A stretch of DNA of 64,000 bases from a virus (IMGVR_UViG_3300031853_000004:37319-101318); one strand, 5' to 3'; shown: positions 1 through 10,298, numbered from the stretch's first letter. Notes: a model not told the origin generated them from the letters alone. Numbers and translations: made by a program.

Positions 1-36
1 AGTATCTTTATAAAAATGATTTTTAATAAATTCCAT
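1..36 (-). CDS. 5' end of a hypothetical gene truncated by the window start (MEFIKNHFYKDT...), start codon at 34-36
   Basis: ATG preceded by AAAGGAAAA RBS and a TTGACA-18-TATAAT promoter on the minus strand. Confidence 0.3.
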   Translation of the reverse strand, partial: MEFIKNHFYKDT

Positions 37-59
37 AATTTTCCTTTCTTTATAAGAAA

Positions 60-89
60 ATTATATCATATAAAAACATGATTGTCAAG
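60..89 (-). promoter_or_regulatory. sigma70/sigmaA-like promoter (TTGACA-N18-TATAAT on minus strand)
   Basis: tgtcaa at 84-89 and attata at 60-65 on the plus strand. Confidence 0.45.
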
Positions 90-96
90 AAAAATT

Positions 97-330
97 TTAA
101 AAGAAATTTTTAATGCGGTCTTTATCGTGATCTATACCAATTAAAGATGGAATGTATGTAACTTTTAATTTTCCATCATCTGTTATCCCATCTATTTTAA
201 TATTTACTTCAGAAGTATTTTTGCAATTTTCACAAAATATAGGCATTTTATTAATATTAACATCAGGCATCCCTGGATAAACATTTAGACTGCCGCATTT
301 AGGGCAACATAATTGTGGTTGATTGTTCAT
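97..330 (-). CDS. small zinc-ribbon protein (CPKCG...CENC)
   Basis: ATG 328-330 with AGGAG RBS 6 nt upstream; two CxxC pairs; TAA stop. Confidence 0.5.
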   Translation of the reverse strand: MNNQPQLCCPKCGSLNVYPGMPDVNINKMPIFCENCKNTSEVNIKIDGITDDGKLKVTYIPSLIGIDHDKDRIKNFF

Positions 331-340
331 GCATATACTC

Positions 341-697
341 CTAACCCATATATCCATGTTTACCAAATATAATATAATCATTATTTTCAATATTTACTTC
401 TTCTTCATAATTATATAAATCATAATCATTATTATAATCATTAATTGATACAAACATCTCATTAAAATCCCAATAATCAGGACAATATTCATAAACTTTT
501 TTTGCATCTTCTTCTGTTATAAAAGATTTATTATTTAAATACTTTTCTTTTATATCATTTGGTAAATCATAAGGATAATCTTCAATTAATAATACTTTAT
601 TATTTAACCAATCTTGATATTCAGATTTTTTACAAATAGTTAAAGTATGAACTGAACTTGAATTAGTCTCAAATACATCTTGTCTAATTTGAATCAT
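341..697 (-). CDS. hypothetical protein, MIQIR..FETNSSS family, paralogue 1
   Basis: GGAAAT RBS; N-terminal 25 aa nearly identical to the next gene; TAG stop. Confidence 0.55.
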   Translation of the reverse strand: MIQIRQDVFETNSSSVHTLTICKKSEYQDWLNNKVLLIEDYPYDLPNDIKEKYLNNKSFITEEDAKKVYEYCPDYWDFNEMFVSINDYNNDYDLYNYEEEVNIENNDYIIFGKHGYMG

Positions 698-1294
698 TTA
701 ATTTCCTTTCACATATATGGCATAACGTCCTGGCATACGAATAATTTGTTCTTCATTATAAGGAAGAAAAGCTGTAATAAAATTAGGATATTCGTCTCCG
801 GTTATTTCAATAAAACTCTCATCATCCAATAGACAATGAATATATCTTGGATCATTCTCACAAATCTTTATAAAATTTTCCATTTGTGCGGCATGGTCAA
901 TCCATGGAAAATCTATTGCATTATATTCATCATAATAATCGTCTTTTAAAGTAGAGTTTTCTGGAAGCTCATTTAAGATTTGTTCTTTCCACCATTCAAG
1001 TTTTTCTTTATTGGTGCATATATAATAACTTTTATTATTTTCATCGTCCCAATGAAATTTACCATAATAATCTAAAACTGCTGTTCAAAGATAATTAGCT
1101 TTTTCTTCTAATTCCACTAATGACTTTTGCGGACTTCTTCCATACTCTCCGCCAATTATATGTAATGGTTTAGCATGTTTTCTCCATTGTTTGTATTCTG
1201 GAATTTCTAAACGATAAAAATCATTCATTGATATACAGAGTGCATGAGTTGAAGAAGAATTAGTTTCAAATATTGAATTTCTAATTTGAATCAT
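698..1294 (-). CDS. hypothetical protein, MIQIR..FETNSSS family, paralogue 2 (one in-frame TGA at 1085-1087 read as Trp)
   Basis: AGGAAGGAAAG RBS before ATG 1292-1294; ORFs 1085..1345 and 698..883 are in the same frame and join through a single TGA with no TAA/TAG in between; TAA stop at 698. Confidence 0.5.
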
Positions 1295-2201
1295 TATACT
1301 TTCCTTCCTTATATGAAACAATATCTTTAAACATTGTTTGAACATTAAAATCTGTGATTGGGAATCTTACAATTGAAGTTGAATTAGTTGCATATGTTTC
1401 TTCTACTAAATCAACATAAAAAGTATAATTACCATCGTCTCCCATGTAAAAACGTCTCCATAAATCTTCTGATAATTTATTCTTCATATCAAGTTGTTCT
1501 AATGCAAGATTATCAAAAGCTATAACAGAGAAATGATTAGAAAAATCAACTACATTATTAGATAACCAATCAATATTTTTTTGGATTGATTTTTTAAATC
1601 CGTTATAATATGTATTACCTCTTCTAAAATGTTTATACCCAAGAATTAAAATTTTTAAATTTTTATCTTTTAAATATCTATAATTTTCATCAGAAAAAAT
1701 CCCTGCAATAACATGAAGTACAGAAGTCGGTAAACATTGTAGTTCTTTATAAAGTCTTTCATCTTTTGGATCAGATAAACTAACTCCAATCCCATAGATA
1801 AGTCCTTTTAAAAACCAATCTTTAATTGTTTCAATATATTTTAAAAAATCTTTTTGATGAATAGTGATTGATGGAATAGCATCTACCATTTTTAATTTAT
1901 GTAACATATATTCAGTATGTTCAATATTAACCATTAGATTACCACCACCTAAAGATAATTCTATATGCGGAGGTAGTGATTTTACAAACTTATCAATGGC
2001 TTCATAACTGGCTTGTTTACCACTTGGTATACTTGCTTCATGACAAAATAAGCATCCATGGTCACATTGATTTGTAATTTTTACATCAATTGATTCTGGT
2101 CTATCTGGAATAAAAATATCTTTATCATTATATCTAATTTTAGTACCAGTTCTTTTATTTAATAAAACAGTATAATTACCATTTTCATAATTAATCCACA
2201 T
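1281..2201 (-). CDS. radical-SAM enzyme, glycyl-radical-activase-like (CDHGCLFCHE = Cx3Cx2C-H)
   Basis: Canonical Cx3Cx2C cluster followed by His as in PFL-AE/NrdG family; AAGGAG RBS; TAG stop. Confidence 0.5.
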   Translation of the reverse strand: MWINYENGNYTVLLNKRTGTKIRYNDKDIFIPDRPESIDVKITNQCDHGCLFCHEASIPSGKQASYEAIDKFVKSLPPHIELSLGGGNLMVNIEHTEYMLHKLKMVDAIPSITIHQKDFLKYIETIKDWFLKGLIYGIGVSLSDPKDERLYKELQCLPTSVLHVIAGIFSDENYRYLKDKNLKILILGYKHFRRGNTYYNGFKKSIQKNIDWLSNNVVDFSNHFSVIAFDNLALEQLDMKNKLSEDLWRRFYMGDDGNYTFYVDLVEETYATNSTSIVRFPITDFNVQTMFKDIVSYKEGKYNDSN

Positions 2202-2297
2202 TATTTCTCCTTAATTTGAATTTTATGTCTATATAAATTATATTTTATTTATTTAATTTTGTCAATAGATAATTTTTCACATCTAAAAAAAATACAC

Positions 2298-2327
2298 TTG
2301 ACAAAATTAAAAAATATATATTATAAT
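2298..2327 (+). promoter_or_regulatory. TTGACA-N18-TATAAT promoter
   Basis: Exact -35 and -10 hexamers in the divergent intergenic region. Confidence 0.5.
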
Positions 2328-2357
2328 ATTATTAAGAAAAATAGAAAGGAGAATTTT

Positions 2358-2726
2358 ATGTCAGATATTTTTAAAGAAAAAGAAGTTATATATGTCGATG
2401 ACTGTAGAAAATTAAGTTATTTAGAATGTATTGGATTAATAACTAACGGAATTCAATTTAATAAAGTAGTTCCAACATATATAGTTTCTGAAATTACATA
2501 TTTTGAAGAAATTTTTTTATTAATTAATAAATATATTTTTAAAAGTGATCCTTATAATAAAACAAATATAATTACAATATTATGTAAAAATGGTATTGAA
2601 TATGAAATATATTTTATTCCAAAAGATACAAATGGAATTCAAATTAATATTATTAACACTATACATGGAGGAAGAATAGGTTATATAAAATATTCGGTTG
2701 AAGAATTAGAAGATTTATTAATTTAA
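2358..2726 (+). CDS. hypothetical protein
   Basis: AAAGGAG RBS 6 nt before ATG 2358; the listed ORF 2259 start lacks an RBS. Confidence 0.5.
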   Translation: MSDIFKEKEVIYVDDCRKLSYLECIGLITNGIQFNKVVPTYIVSEITYFEEIFLLINKYIFKSDPYNKTNIITILCKNGIEYEIYFIPKDTNGIQINIINTIHGGRIGYIKYSVEELEDLLI

Positions 2727-2736
2727 GGAGGATTAA

Positions 2737-3108
2737 TTGAAAACTATTAATATTCAAGATATAGATAAATATCCAGATGATTATAGTTGGTTATCATCAG
2801 AAGAACAAATTAAAATTCTTAGTTATATGCGTGGAATGCAAGATTTGTGTGAACGTTATTATCGCAAATATTTTGAAGAGACAGAAGAAAAAGATTTACG
2901 TTTATACCAACACACATTAACAGGTTTAACAGGTGCTAAAAATGCTTATGCAACACTTGGTATTATGGTTGAAAAGTGGGGAGATAATGGAGAATGGATT
3001 CTTGCAACTAAAATAGATGCAGAAACATATAATAATGAAGATGATAGCTCCGCAGAAGTTATAGAACAAATTAATAATCTTTTAGATTATACAGATGTTG
3101 GTCAATAA
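2737..3108 (+). CDS. hypothetical acidic protein (TTG start)
   Basis: AAGGAGG RBS then TTG; open to TAA. Confidence 0.45.
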   Translation: MKTINIQDIDKYPDDYSWLSSEEQIKILSYMRGMQDLCERYYRKYFEETEEKDLRLYQHTLTGLTGAKNAYATLGIMVEKWGDNGEWILATKIDAETYNNEDDSSAEVIEQINNLLDYTDVGQ

Positions 3109-3114
3109 TTTTCT

Positions 3115-3142
3115 TGACAAACATAATTCTATATGTTATAAT
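3115..3142 (+). promoter_or_regulatory. TTGACA-N16-TATAAT promoter
   Basis: Exact hexamers. Confidence 0.45.
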
Positions 3143-3166
3143 TTTATAAAAGAGAAAGGAGATTTA

Positions 3167-3364
3167 ATGCCTAATAATTGAAACAAACTTGAATATGATG
3201 AACAAGTTATGATTGTTGATGCGGCTAATAGACTAATGGGACTCTATATGATAAAGGATATAGTCGAGACTTTTAATAAAATAAATCTCCCTTTACTCTA
3301 TAGTCAACCAGGATTTCATGAAAGATTGAGCCCTGATACAGATAGTTGGAGAAGAAAGGATTAA
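3167..3364 (+). CDS. small hypothetical protein with in-frame TGA (MPNNWNKLEYDEQ...)
   Basis: GAGAAAGGAG RBS; absent from ORF track because of TGA at 3179-3181; TAA stop. Confidence 0.4.
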
Positions 3365-3365
3365 A

Positions 3366-3572
3366 ATGCGTAAACAAATTAAAATGCCTAATCTAATTGA
3401 AAACAAAAGTGTAGTGCGTTGGGGTGATAATGATTATCTTTATCATTGCGCTCTAGTATCGGAGAATGGAAAACATATTAAATATATCGTTTCTGCACTT
3501 CACGGTAACAAAGTCCGCATTATTCATGATAGAGATCGAAACAAAGTTACTCTAAAATATCATATGAATTAA
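3366..3572 (+). CDS. hypothetical protein
   Basis: ORF with AAGGA RBS. Confidence 0.4.
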   Translation: MRKQIKMPNLIENKSVVRWGDNDYLYHCALVSENGKHIKYIVSALHGNKVRIIHDRDRNKVTLKYHMN

Positions 3573-3573
3573 T

Positions 3574-3903
3574 ATGGATTATGTTGTAATAATTCCTTTT
3601 GCACATACGGAAGATGTTGATAGATTTGCAAGAGAACATAATGTTAAGAAATATACTGGTATGTATCTTCCTGCAAGAGGAATAGACTGTCCTAAAAAGT
3701 TTCTGATAGTGATTGAAGAGATAGAAGAACAATTAATTTTTTCTACTATTGGAGGATATTATTTTAAAGATTTGAATAGTCTAAATTCTTTTAGGAAAAT
3801 AGCCTTTAAAAATAAAGTTTCTGTCTATTGGAAACTTACTAATGGAGATTATATATTATTTGATGCTAATATAAAAGAGCCATTAGGAATACATAGAATT
3901 TAA
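3574..3903 (+). CDS. hypothetical protein
   Basis: ORF immediately following previous stop. Confidence 0.4.
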   Translation: MDYVVIIPFAHTEDVDRFAREHNVKKYTGMYLPARGIDCPKKFLIVIEEIEEQLIFSTIGGYYFKDLNSLNSFRKIAFKNKVSVYWKLTNGDYILFDANIKEPLGIHRI

Positions 3904-3908
3904 TTTTA

Positions 3909-3948
3909 AAGCTTGTTGATACTTTGTATTGACAAGCTTTATTTTTTA
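3909..3948 (+). terminator. intrinsic terminator hairpin (AAAGCTTGT...ACAAGCTTT + T-run) whose 3' arm contains the next -35 box
   Basis: 9-bp inverted repeat followed by ATTTTTT. Confidence 0.45.
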
Positions 3949-3957
3949 TGCTATAAT
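3929..3957 (+). promoter_or_regulatory. TTGACA-N17-TATAAT promoter
   Basis: Exact hexamers with 17-nt spacer. Confidence 0.5.
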
Positions 3958-3990
3958 TATATAAATGATAAAGAAAGTAGGTGAATTTAA

Positions 3991-5883
3991 TTGTCTAATA
4001 ATTTATATAATGAAGATAGTATTCAATCTTTAAGTCCGTTAGAACACGTTCGTACTAGGCCATCAATGTATATCGGAGCTACAGATACTCCGTATCAATT
4101 AGTTATTGAAATTTTAAGCAATGCAATTGATGAATACCGTATTGGTAACGGAAAAGTTATCATCTTAGATATTACAGATGATGGAAGAATTTCTTGTCAA
4201 GATGAAGCTCAAGGATTTATTGTTGATTCTTACAGAGAAGATGGTAAATCTATTCTGCAAGCGTCATTTGATACTCTAAATACATCAGGAAAATTTTCAT
4301 CAGATGGCGTGTATGAAGGTTCAGCGCTTGGTTTGCACGGCCAAGGATCGAAAATCGCGAACTTCTTATCACATGAGATGATAGTAGAATCTACAAGAGA
4401 TGGTATTAAAGAGACTGTCTTTTTTAAAGAAGGCGAATTTCAAGGAAGAATTGTAGAAAATGTAACGGCTCATTCTGGGACTAGAGTAACTTTCAAACCA
4501 AGTGAAGAATTTTTTACATCAACAAAAATTGATATTAAAAAATTAAAGAATTTTTGTGATGATATTACTTGTTTATGCGAAGGATTAGCAATTGTTGTTA
4601 ATGGAGATTGTTTAGAACATAAAAATGGTATTCAAGATTTACTTGAAAAAAATTTAAGTGATATAGAAATTATTGATAATCGTTTTATCTTCCAAAAGAA
4701 GAAAGATAAACAATCACTTAAAGTTGCTATGACATATAGCGGTAAAAATAGTTCTACAATTATTCCATATGTTAATTGCGGAATTACTACAGCAGGCCCG
4801 CACATCACATCTATTAAGTCAACTATCACAAGAATTTTAAATAAATGGGCTAAAGAGCAAGGTATCTTAAAGTCCAAAGATAAAAATCTTGATGGAAATT
4901 CTTTACAAGAAGGTATGATTTTTATTGCAGATATTACCGCAGATGAAGTAGCATATAATGCTCAGATTAAAGATCACGTTGCAAAAATAGACACTTCTTT
5001 TATTTCTTCTACTCTTGGAGAGCAGTTAGAAATTTGGCTTGATAATAATCCTGATGATGGAAAAGCTATTATTGAAAAAGCATTAGTTTCTAGAAAGGCT
5101 GCGGAAGCTGCTAAACGTGCTCGTGAAAGAGTTAGAAATAAAGCTGCGGCTAATACTAAAAAGAAAAATATTCAACTTCCTACTACTCTTACAGACTGTT
5201 GGAGTAAAGATAGGTTATCTTGTGAATTACTTGTATCAGAAGGTAAGTCAGCCGCGAGCGGTCTAGTGGCTGCTAGAGATTCAGAGACACAGGCTGTATA
5301 TGGTGTTCGTGGCAAAATGTTATCAGTGTTAAAAACTTCACCTGCTAATATTTATAAAAATCAAGAAATTAATAATCTTGTTCAAGCTCTTGGACTTGAA
5401 GTTGAGCCTTCTACATGTAAATTAAAGTATGACAAATCAAAATTACGTTACGGAAAAATAATAGCATGTGCTGATGCAGATTTTGATGGATTTGCTATAG
5501 AAAATCTTTTGTTTAATATTTTATGGTATATGTGTCCAGAACTAATTTTAAATGGACATGTTTATTCTGCGGTTCCTCCGTTATTTCGAGTAACTACAAA
5601 AAAGAATGAATATGTATATCTTAAAGATGAAAAAGCATTAGAAGAATATAAAAAACAAAATCCAAACAATATCCAAACTATTGGTAGAATGAAAGGCTTG
5701 GGTGAGTGCGATTCTGACGAGCTTGCCTATTGTCTACTTGACAAAAAGACTAGAAATGTGTTACAATTAAAAGTAACAGATAGAGATAAAACAGATGAAA
5801 TGTTTAATAATCTTTATGGTAAGGCAGTTGGTCCAAGAGTAACATTCTTGGCAGAACATTTAGAGGAGGCGCGTGTTGAGTAG
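3991..5883 (+). CDS. type IIA DNA topoisomerase ATPase/TOPRIM subunit (GyrB/T4 gp39-like)
   Basis: LEHVRTRPSMYIG, GyrB-like ATPase lid, SEGKSAASG, GVRGKMLSV motifs; TTG start after GGTG RBS. Confidence 0.7.
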   Translation: MSNNLYNEDSIQSLSPLEHVRTRPSMYIGATDTPYQLVIEILSNAIDEYRIGNGKVIILDITDDGRISCQDEAQGFIVDSYREDGKSILQASFDTLNTSGKFSSDGVYEGSALGLHGQGSKIANFLSHEMIVESTRDGIKETVFFKEGEFQGRIVENVTAHSGTRVTFKPSEEFFTSTKIDIKKLKNFCDDITCLCEGLAIVVNGDCLEHKNGIQDLLEKNLSDIEIIDNRFIFQKKKDKQSLKVAMTYSGKNSSTIIPYVNCGITTAGPHITSIKSTITRILNKWAKEQGILKSKDKNLDGNSLQEGMIFIADITADEVAYNAQIKDHVAKIDTSFISSTLGEQLEIWLDNNPDDGKAIIEKALVSRKAAEAAKRARERVRNKAAANTKKKNIQLPTTLTDCWSKDRLSCELLVSEGKSAASGLVAARDSETQAVYGVRGKMLSVLKTSPANIYKNQEINNLVQALGLEVEPSTCKLKYDKSKLRYGKIIACADADFDGFAIENLLFNILWYMCPELILNGHVYSAVPPLFRVTTKKNEYVYLKDEKALEEYKKQNPNNIQTIGRMKGLGECDSDELAYCLLDKKTRNVLQLKVTDRDKTDEMFNNLYGKAVGPRVTFLAEHLEEARVE

Positions 5884-7972
5884 TATAGATATTATACAGG
5901 AAGTTCAACAGAACTTTATTGATAGTTCATATGATGTTAATACCAATCGTGCATTCCCAGATATTCGGGACGGTCTGAAACCTGGACAAAGAGCATGCCT
6001 GTGGGAAATGTATACAAAGAAATACAATAGTAAAAAACCGCATGTTAAATCTGCAAAGATTTCAGGTGGTGTAGCAGCCTTATGGTGGCCGCACGGAACA
6101 ACTGCAATATACGAAACTTTTGCAAGAATGTCGCAGACTTTTATTAATAATATTCCAGAGGTAGATTTTCATGGTGCAAATGGTAATATTATTCTTGGCG
6201 GAGATGCAATTGCAGCTGATCGTTATACTGAAGCAAGACTTTCTCCAATAGTAGAAGAAGGAATGTTAAAAAGTGTAGAAAAAGATACCGTTCCAATGAT
6301 TCTAAATTTTAGTGAAGATGAAAAATGGCCTAAAGTTTTACCTGCGGTTTTTCCTCGGCTACTTGTTAATGGAGCACAAGGTATTGGCGTCTCTTTATCT
6401 AATTATTGGGGATTGCATAATTTTACAGAAACCGCACAAGTTATTGAAAAATATCTTGAAGATGGGACAGTTGATAATGAAAATTATTATCCAGACTTTC
6501 CAACTGGCGGCGTTATTGTAAATAAAAATGATTTATCGCAAATTAACAAAACTGGTAAAGGTAAAATTGTAATTGAAAGTAAATATACAATTAATAAACA
6601 AGAAATTAATTTTTATGAACTTCCATATCAAATATATATAGAACCAGTTATTGATGAAATTAAAAAAGCTATTGAAGAAGAAAAAGTTACTGGAATTGAA
6701 GAGATTTTTAATAAGTCTGATAAAAGACGAATCTCTCTAGTTGTAACTGTTGCAAATGGTTTTGAACCAGAAAAAGTTGTAGAACAACTATTTCAAGAGA
6801 CAAACCTACGTAAACAAATTAATGTAAATCAAAATGGTATTATTTCAAAAACTCCTATTATGATTAATTTGTCTAAATATTTAGAGGTATATAAAAATCA
6901 TAATATTGATTGCATTAAAAAAGAAATAACTTTTGATATTAAAAAACTTCAAGATAGAATTGAAATTCTTGAAGGATTATCAAAGGCACTTGAAAATATT
7001 GATAATGTAATTAGGATTATTAAAGAATCTAAAAATTCAGCAGAAGCTAAATCTAATCTTGTAAAAAAATATGATTTGACAGAATCTCAAGTTAATGCTA
7101 TACTTAATATGAAATTAAATAGATTAGCTAATATGGAGAGAATAGCAATTAATAATGAACTCCAAGAAAAGAAAGAAAAGTGTCTTGAATTAGAAAACAT
7201 TTTAGAATCTGAAGATAAACAAGTTGATATTCTAAAAAACAGATTGCGGGAGTTAGTTAAAAAGTTTGGTGATAAACGTCGTACTGAAGTAATTCAGAAA
7301 GAAATCATTAAACCAAATTCTAAAAAAGCTAAAGAAAAAATTGTTGAAGATGTAGTCATTACATTTAATCAAAAAGGATATATAAAGAGTATTCCTGTAA
7401 AAATGTATCGCAAGTCTTTTGATGATATCTTTACATTTAAAGCCCGCACAGATGAAATGATTTTATTGTTTTCTACTCTTGGGAAATGTTATCGTCTAAA
7501 AGTTAGTGAAATTAAGCAATGTGGAGTTAAAGATAAGGGTTCTGCTATTGGTTCAATAATAAACCTTGATAATGATGAATCTATTCTTTATATCACTTCT
7601 ATGAATGTAGATGATAAGCATCCATTTATTACTTTTGTTTCTAAAAATGGTAAAATTAAGAAAAGTGATAAAACTATTTACTTTGGTTCTACTCAAAATA
7701 AAAATGGATTAAAGTGCGCTGGTTTAGTAGAAGAAGATTATTTTGTAAAAATCGCAGAAACTAATGGAGATTATATTACTATTATATCTACTGATAATAA
7801 AGCATTACAATTTAAACTTGATTCTATTAATGCTACTGGCAAAACTTCTACTGGTGTAATTGCTATGAAATTTAATGATGGACAATCTGTAAAGAATGTT
7901 ATCATTAATACTTTAGAAGATAAAAAGATTCCTGTTCGCAATCGCGGTGGAAAAGGAGTTAATATTGAGTAA
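5873..7972 (+). CDS. type IIA DNA topoisomerase breakage-reunion subunit (GyrA/ParC/T4 gp52-like)
   Basis: NRAFPDIRDGLKPGQR and AADRYTEARL (active-site Tyr) motifs; GAGGAGG RBS. Confidence 0.7.
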   Translation: MLSSIDIIQEVQQNFIDSSYDVNTNRAFPDIRDGLKPGQRACLWEMYTKKYNSKKPHVKSAKISGGVAALWWPHGTTAIYETFARMSQTFINNIPEVDFHGANGNIILGGDAIAADRYTEARLSPIVEEGMLKSVEKDTVPMILNFSEDEKWPKVLPAVFPRLLVNGAQGIGVSLSNYWGLHNFTETAQVIEKYLEDGTVDNENYYPDFPTGGVIVNKNDLSQINKTGKGKIVIESKYTINKQEINFYELPYQIYIEPVIDEIKKAIEEEKVTGIEEIFNKSDKRRISLVVTVANGFEPEKVVEQLFQETNLRKQINVNQNGIISKTPIMINLSKYLEVYKNHNIDCIKKEITFDIKKLQDRIEILEGLSKALENIDNVIRIIKESKNSAEAKSNLVKKYDLTESQVNAILNMKLNRLANMERIAINNELQEKKEKCLELENILESEDKQVDILKNRLRELVKKFGDKRRTEVIQKEIIKPNSKKAKEKIVEDVVITFNQKGYIKSIPVKMYRKSFDDIFTFKARTDEMILLFSTLGKCYRLKVSEIKQCGVKDKGSAIGSIINLDNDESILYITSMNVDDKHPFITFVSKNGKIKKSDKTIYFGSTQNKNGLKCAGLVEEDYFVKIAETNGDYITIISTDNKALQFKLDSINATGKTSTGVIAMKFNDGQSVKNVIINTLEDKKIPVRNRGGKGVNIE

Positions 7973-8171
7973 AAAATATTACAGCATTAAAATTAAAGAA
8001 AAGAAATTTCATTATCGTTATATTAAATTTTTTGTTTGTAAAGCAAAAAATAAAAACAAAGCAGTTGAAAAATTTTATAAAGAATTTGACGAAAAAGATG
8101 AGTATGAAATAAAAGAGATTTATCTATTAAGTAAAATTAAATACGGAGATACTATATTTTGTTTAAAATAA
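7965..8171 (+). CDS. hypothetical basic protein
   Basis: AAAGGAG RBS then TTG 7965; the listed GTG 7947 start lacks an RBS. Confidence 0.35.
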   Translation: MSKKYYSIKIKEKKFHYRYIKFFVCKAKNKNKAVEKFYKEFDEKDEYEIKEIYLLSKIKYGDTIFCLK

Positions 8172-8193
8172 TATAGAAAGGAGTCTTTATTTA

Positions 8194-8424
8194 ATGGATA
8201 AAATAAATTTAACTCTTAAAAATCTTTTATTATATTCATATGGGTGTAAATTATGTCAAGAGAAAGCTCTTGACTTATTTTGTGATATAAATTTTGATGC
8301 AGACGAAGCTTTTGAAATGTATAAAAATATATTTTGTAAAAAATGTATTGCTGCTAAATTTGCTACAGAACATGAAAAAGCCGAAGAAACAATTGACAAT
8401 TGGAGAAAAAATATAAAACTCTAA
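8194..8424 (+). CDS. hypothetical Cys-rich protein
   Basis: AAAGGAG RBS; CxxC...CxxC. Confidence 0.45.
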   Translation: MDKINLTLKNLLLYSYGCKLCQEKALDLFCDINFDADEAFEMYKNIFCKKCIAAKFATEHEKAEETIDNWRKNIKL

Positions 8425-8439
8425 TATTAAGGAGATTTA

Positions 8440-9588
8440 ATGGAAACACTTTATCCTGAATCATGGCAAGTTCCACCTATGAAATATTGCTCTAAAGCTT
8501 CTGACGCAGCGGCTAAACGAGCCTTTGAAAGTGGAGATTGGATCGGTCAAGAGAAAAAAGATGGAGCTTTGTACGTTCTAGAGAAAACTGATTCTGGATA
8601 CGTCTATCTTTTTTCTAGAACAAAATCAAGAAAAACTGGTGAGCTTGTAGAAAAATCTAAAAACTTCCCGCATATCAAAGAGTGGGCAGAAATGTTTGTC
8701 CCTAATGGTACTATTTTTATTGGAGAGATTTATATTCCAGGCGGTCATTCAAATACTGTTACAAAACTTTCTGGATGCCTTCCGACTAAAGCATATAAGA
8801 GACAATTTGATAGAACTGATCCAGAGTATATTGGAAAAGCACATTACTATATTTTTGATATAATCCGTTATCGTGGTGAAGATATCCAAGAGAAAGGGAC
8901 TTTGGACAGAATTGAAAACTATCTTTATAATGAAAGTCTTGAATATACCTTTGCAGATCAAAAGTATATAGAGCGTGCGGAAACCTTTTATAATAATTTT
9001 GAAGAACATCTTCAAAGAATCTTCAATGAAGGAGGAGAAGGTATTGTTTTTAAAAATAAGTCATGTCCATATCGTGCTGGGAAACGCTCTACATCATCTC
9101 AAATGTTTAAGTGGAAACAAAACCTAGACAGTGTTGATTTAATTTGTATAGGTTTAGAAGATCCAATATTTGAATATACGGGTAAAGAAATTGAAACTTG
9201 GCCTTACTGGATGGAACGTGCGGAATCTGTTGATAAAGAAGAGTTATGGTATCCTTCAGAGGGTCAATATTACAATGACTACAAACGAAATCCGCTCATA
9301 TATAAACCAGTAACGAAACCAGCTTTCTATGGATGGAAAAATTCTCTCTCTCTTGGATGCTATAAAGATGGGAAAGTTGTTTATATTGGAAAAGTTGCAT
9401 CTGGCTTGACTGATGCTATGCGACAGGATATGGCCGAGCATCCAGAAAACTATCTTAATAAAGTTATTCAAGTAAGTTGTATGTCAGTAGATCCTAAAGA
9501 AGGAACTTTGAGACATCCATGTTTTAAGCAAGTAAGAGATGATAAAAATCCAGAAGAATGTCTTTGGGAGGAGATTTTTGCATGTTAG
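8440..9588 (+). CDS. ATP-dependent DNA (or RNA) ligase
   Basis: KxDG adenylation motif (EKKDGALYV) and EGIVFK motif; AAGGAG RBS. Confidence 0.65.
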   Translation: METLYPESWQVPPMKYCSKASDAAAKRAFESGDWIGQEKKDGALYVLEKTDSGYVYLFSRTKSRKTGELVEKSKNFPHIKEWAEMFVPNGTIFIGEIYIPGGHSNTVTKLSGCLPTKAYKRQFDRTDPEYIGKAHYYIFDIIRYRGEDIQEKGTLDRIENYLYNESLEYTFADQKYIERAETFYNNFEEHLQRIFNEGGEGIVFKNKSCPYRAGKRSTSSQMFKWKQNLDSVDLICIGLEDPIFEYTGKEIETWPYWMERAESVDKEELWYPSEGQYYNDYKRNPLIYKPVTKPAFYGWKNSLSLGCYKDGKVVYIGKVASGLTDAMRQDMAEHPENYLNKVIQVSCMSVDPKEGTLRHPCFKQVRDDKNPEECLWEEIFAC

Positions 9589-9752
9589 AAAATATTTTAG
9601 AACAAATAGATTCTAAATTAAACAGTGGATTTTTCCCCGATGATTTAACTATAAAGGGTGATAGATTTTTTTCTACTGGAATATATTTAACTAAACAAGA
9701 ATGTCTTTTTTTAAAAAATATATTAGAAGATGTTAAAAAAATACTTGACTAA
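9582..9752 (+). CDS. hypothetical small protein
   Basis: GGAGGAG RBS before ATG 9582. Confidence 0.35.
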   Translation: MLENILEQIDSKLNSGFFPDDLTIKGDRFFSTGIYLTKQECLFLKNILEDVKKILD

Positions 9753-9768
9753 TTTATAAAAATATATT
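9740..9768 (+). promoter_or_regulatory. TTGACT-N17-TATAAT promoter
   Basis: Hexamers with 17-nt spacer. Confidence 0.4.
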
Positions 9769-9808
9769 ATAATATATTTAAAAGTAAAATAAAATGAGAG
9801 GAGGAATT

Positions 9809-10222
9809 TTGAATAATGATATAATTACTAATTGTTTTTGTTTTGAGCTAGAAGAAAAAGCTATTGAATATTTAATGGCAAATGAAAAAAATCAAAAACT
9901 TATTTTAAAAGTTTATAAAAAAATTCTAAAACAAGTTGAAAAGAACCCAATGCAAACTTGGTTTGAAATTAATATTAATGATTACTCTCCAAAAGAAATG
10001 AGACTTATTAAAAGATATTTCTGTGATTGGTGCGGATTTGGTTTTTCAGAATCTATCCCACATGATAAGATGTTTAAACAAAAAATGTCTATAAGTTATA
10101 CATCATCAATAACTGGTGTTATTGATAATACTTCTTATACTACTACTAGTACTTCTTATACTACAAAGTCAGAAAAAACACCTATAGAAAAATTTTATAT
10201 TACATGGTTTAATGAAAATTAA
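9809..10222 (+). CDS. hypothetical protein
   Basis: AGAGGAGGA RBS then TTG. Confidence 0.4.
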   Translation: MNNDIITNCFCFELEEKAIEYLMANEKNQKLILKVYKKILKQVEKNPMQTWFEININDYSPKEMRLIKRYFCDWCGFGFSESIPHDKMFKQKMSISYTSSITGVIDNTSYTTTSTSYTTKSEKTPIEKFYITWFNEN

Positions 10223-10225
10223 ATC

Positions 10226-10254
10226 TTGACAAACTAAATAAAATAATATATAAT
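10226..10254 (+). promoter_or_regulatory. TTGACA-N17-TATAAT promoter
   Basis: Exact hexamers. Confidence 0.5.
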
Positions 10255-10298
10255 ATAATTAAGAAAGTTAAAAACAAGAGAGAAAAGGAGAAAATATA

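Noticed and set aside
2259-2357. Upstream extension of ORF 2259..2726 (and similar long N-terminal extensions at 7947, 9794, 10607, 12491, 14847, 22073, 27576, 30898)
   Set aside because: Extensions overlap promoters or lack an RBS; internal starts with strong Shine-Dalgarno sequences chosen instead.
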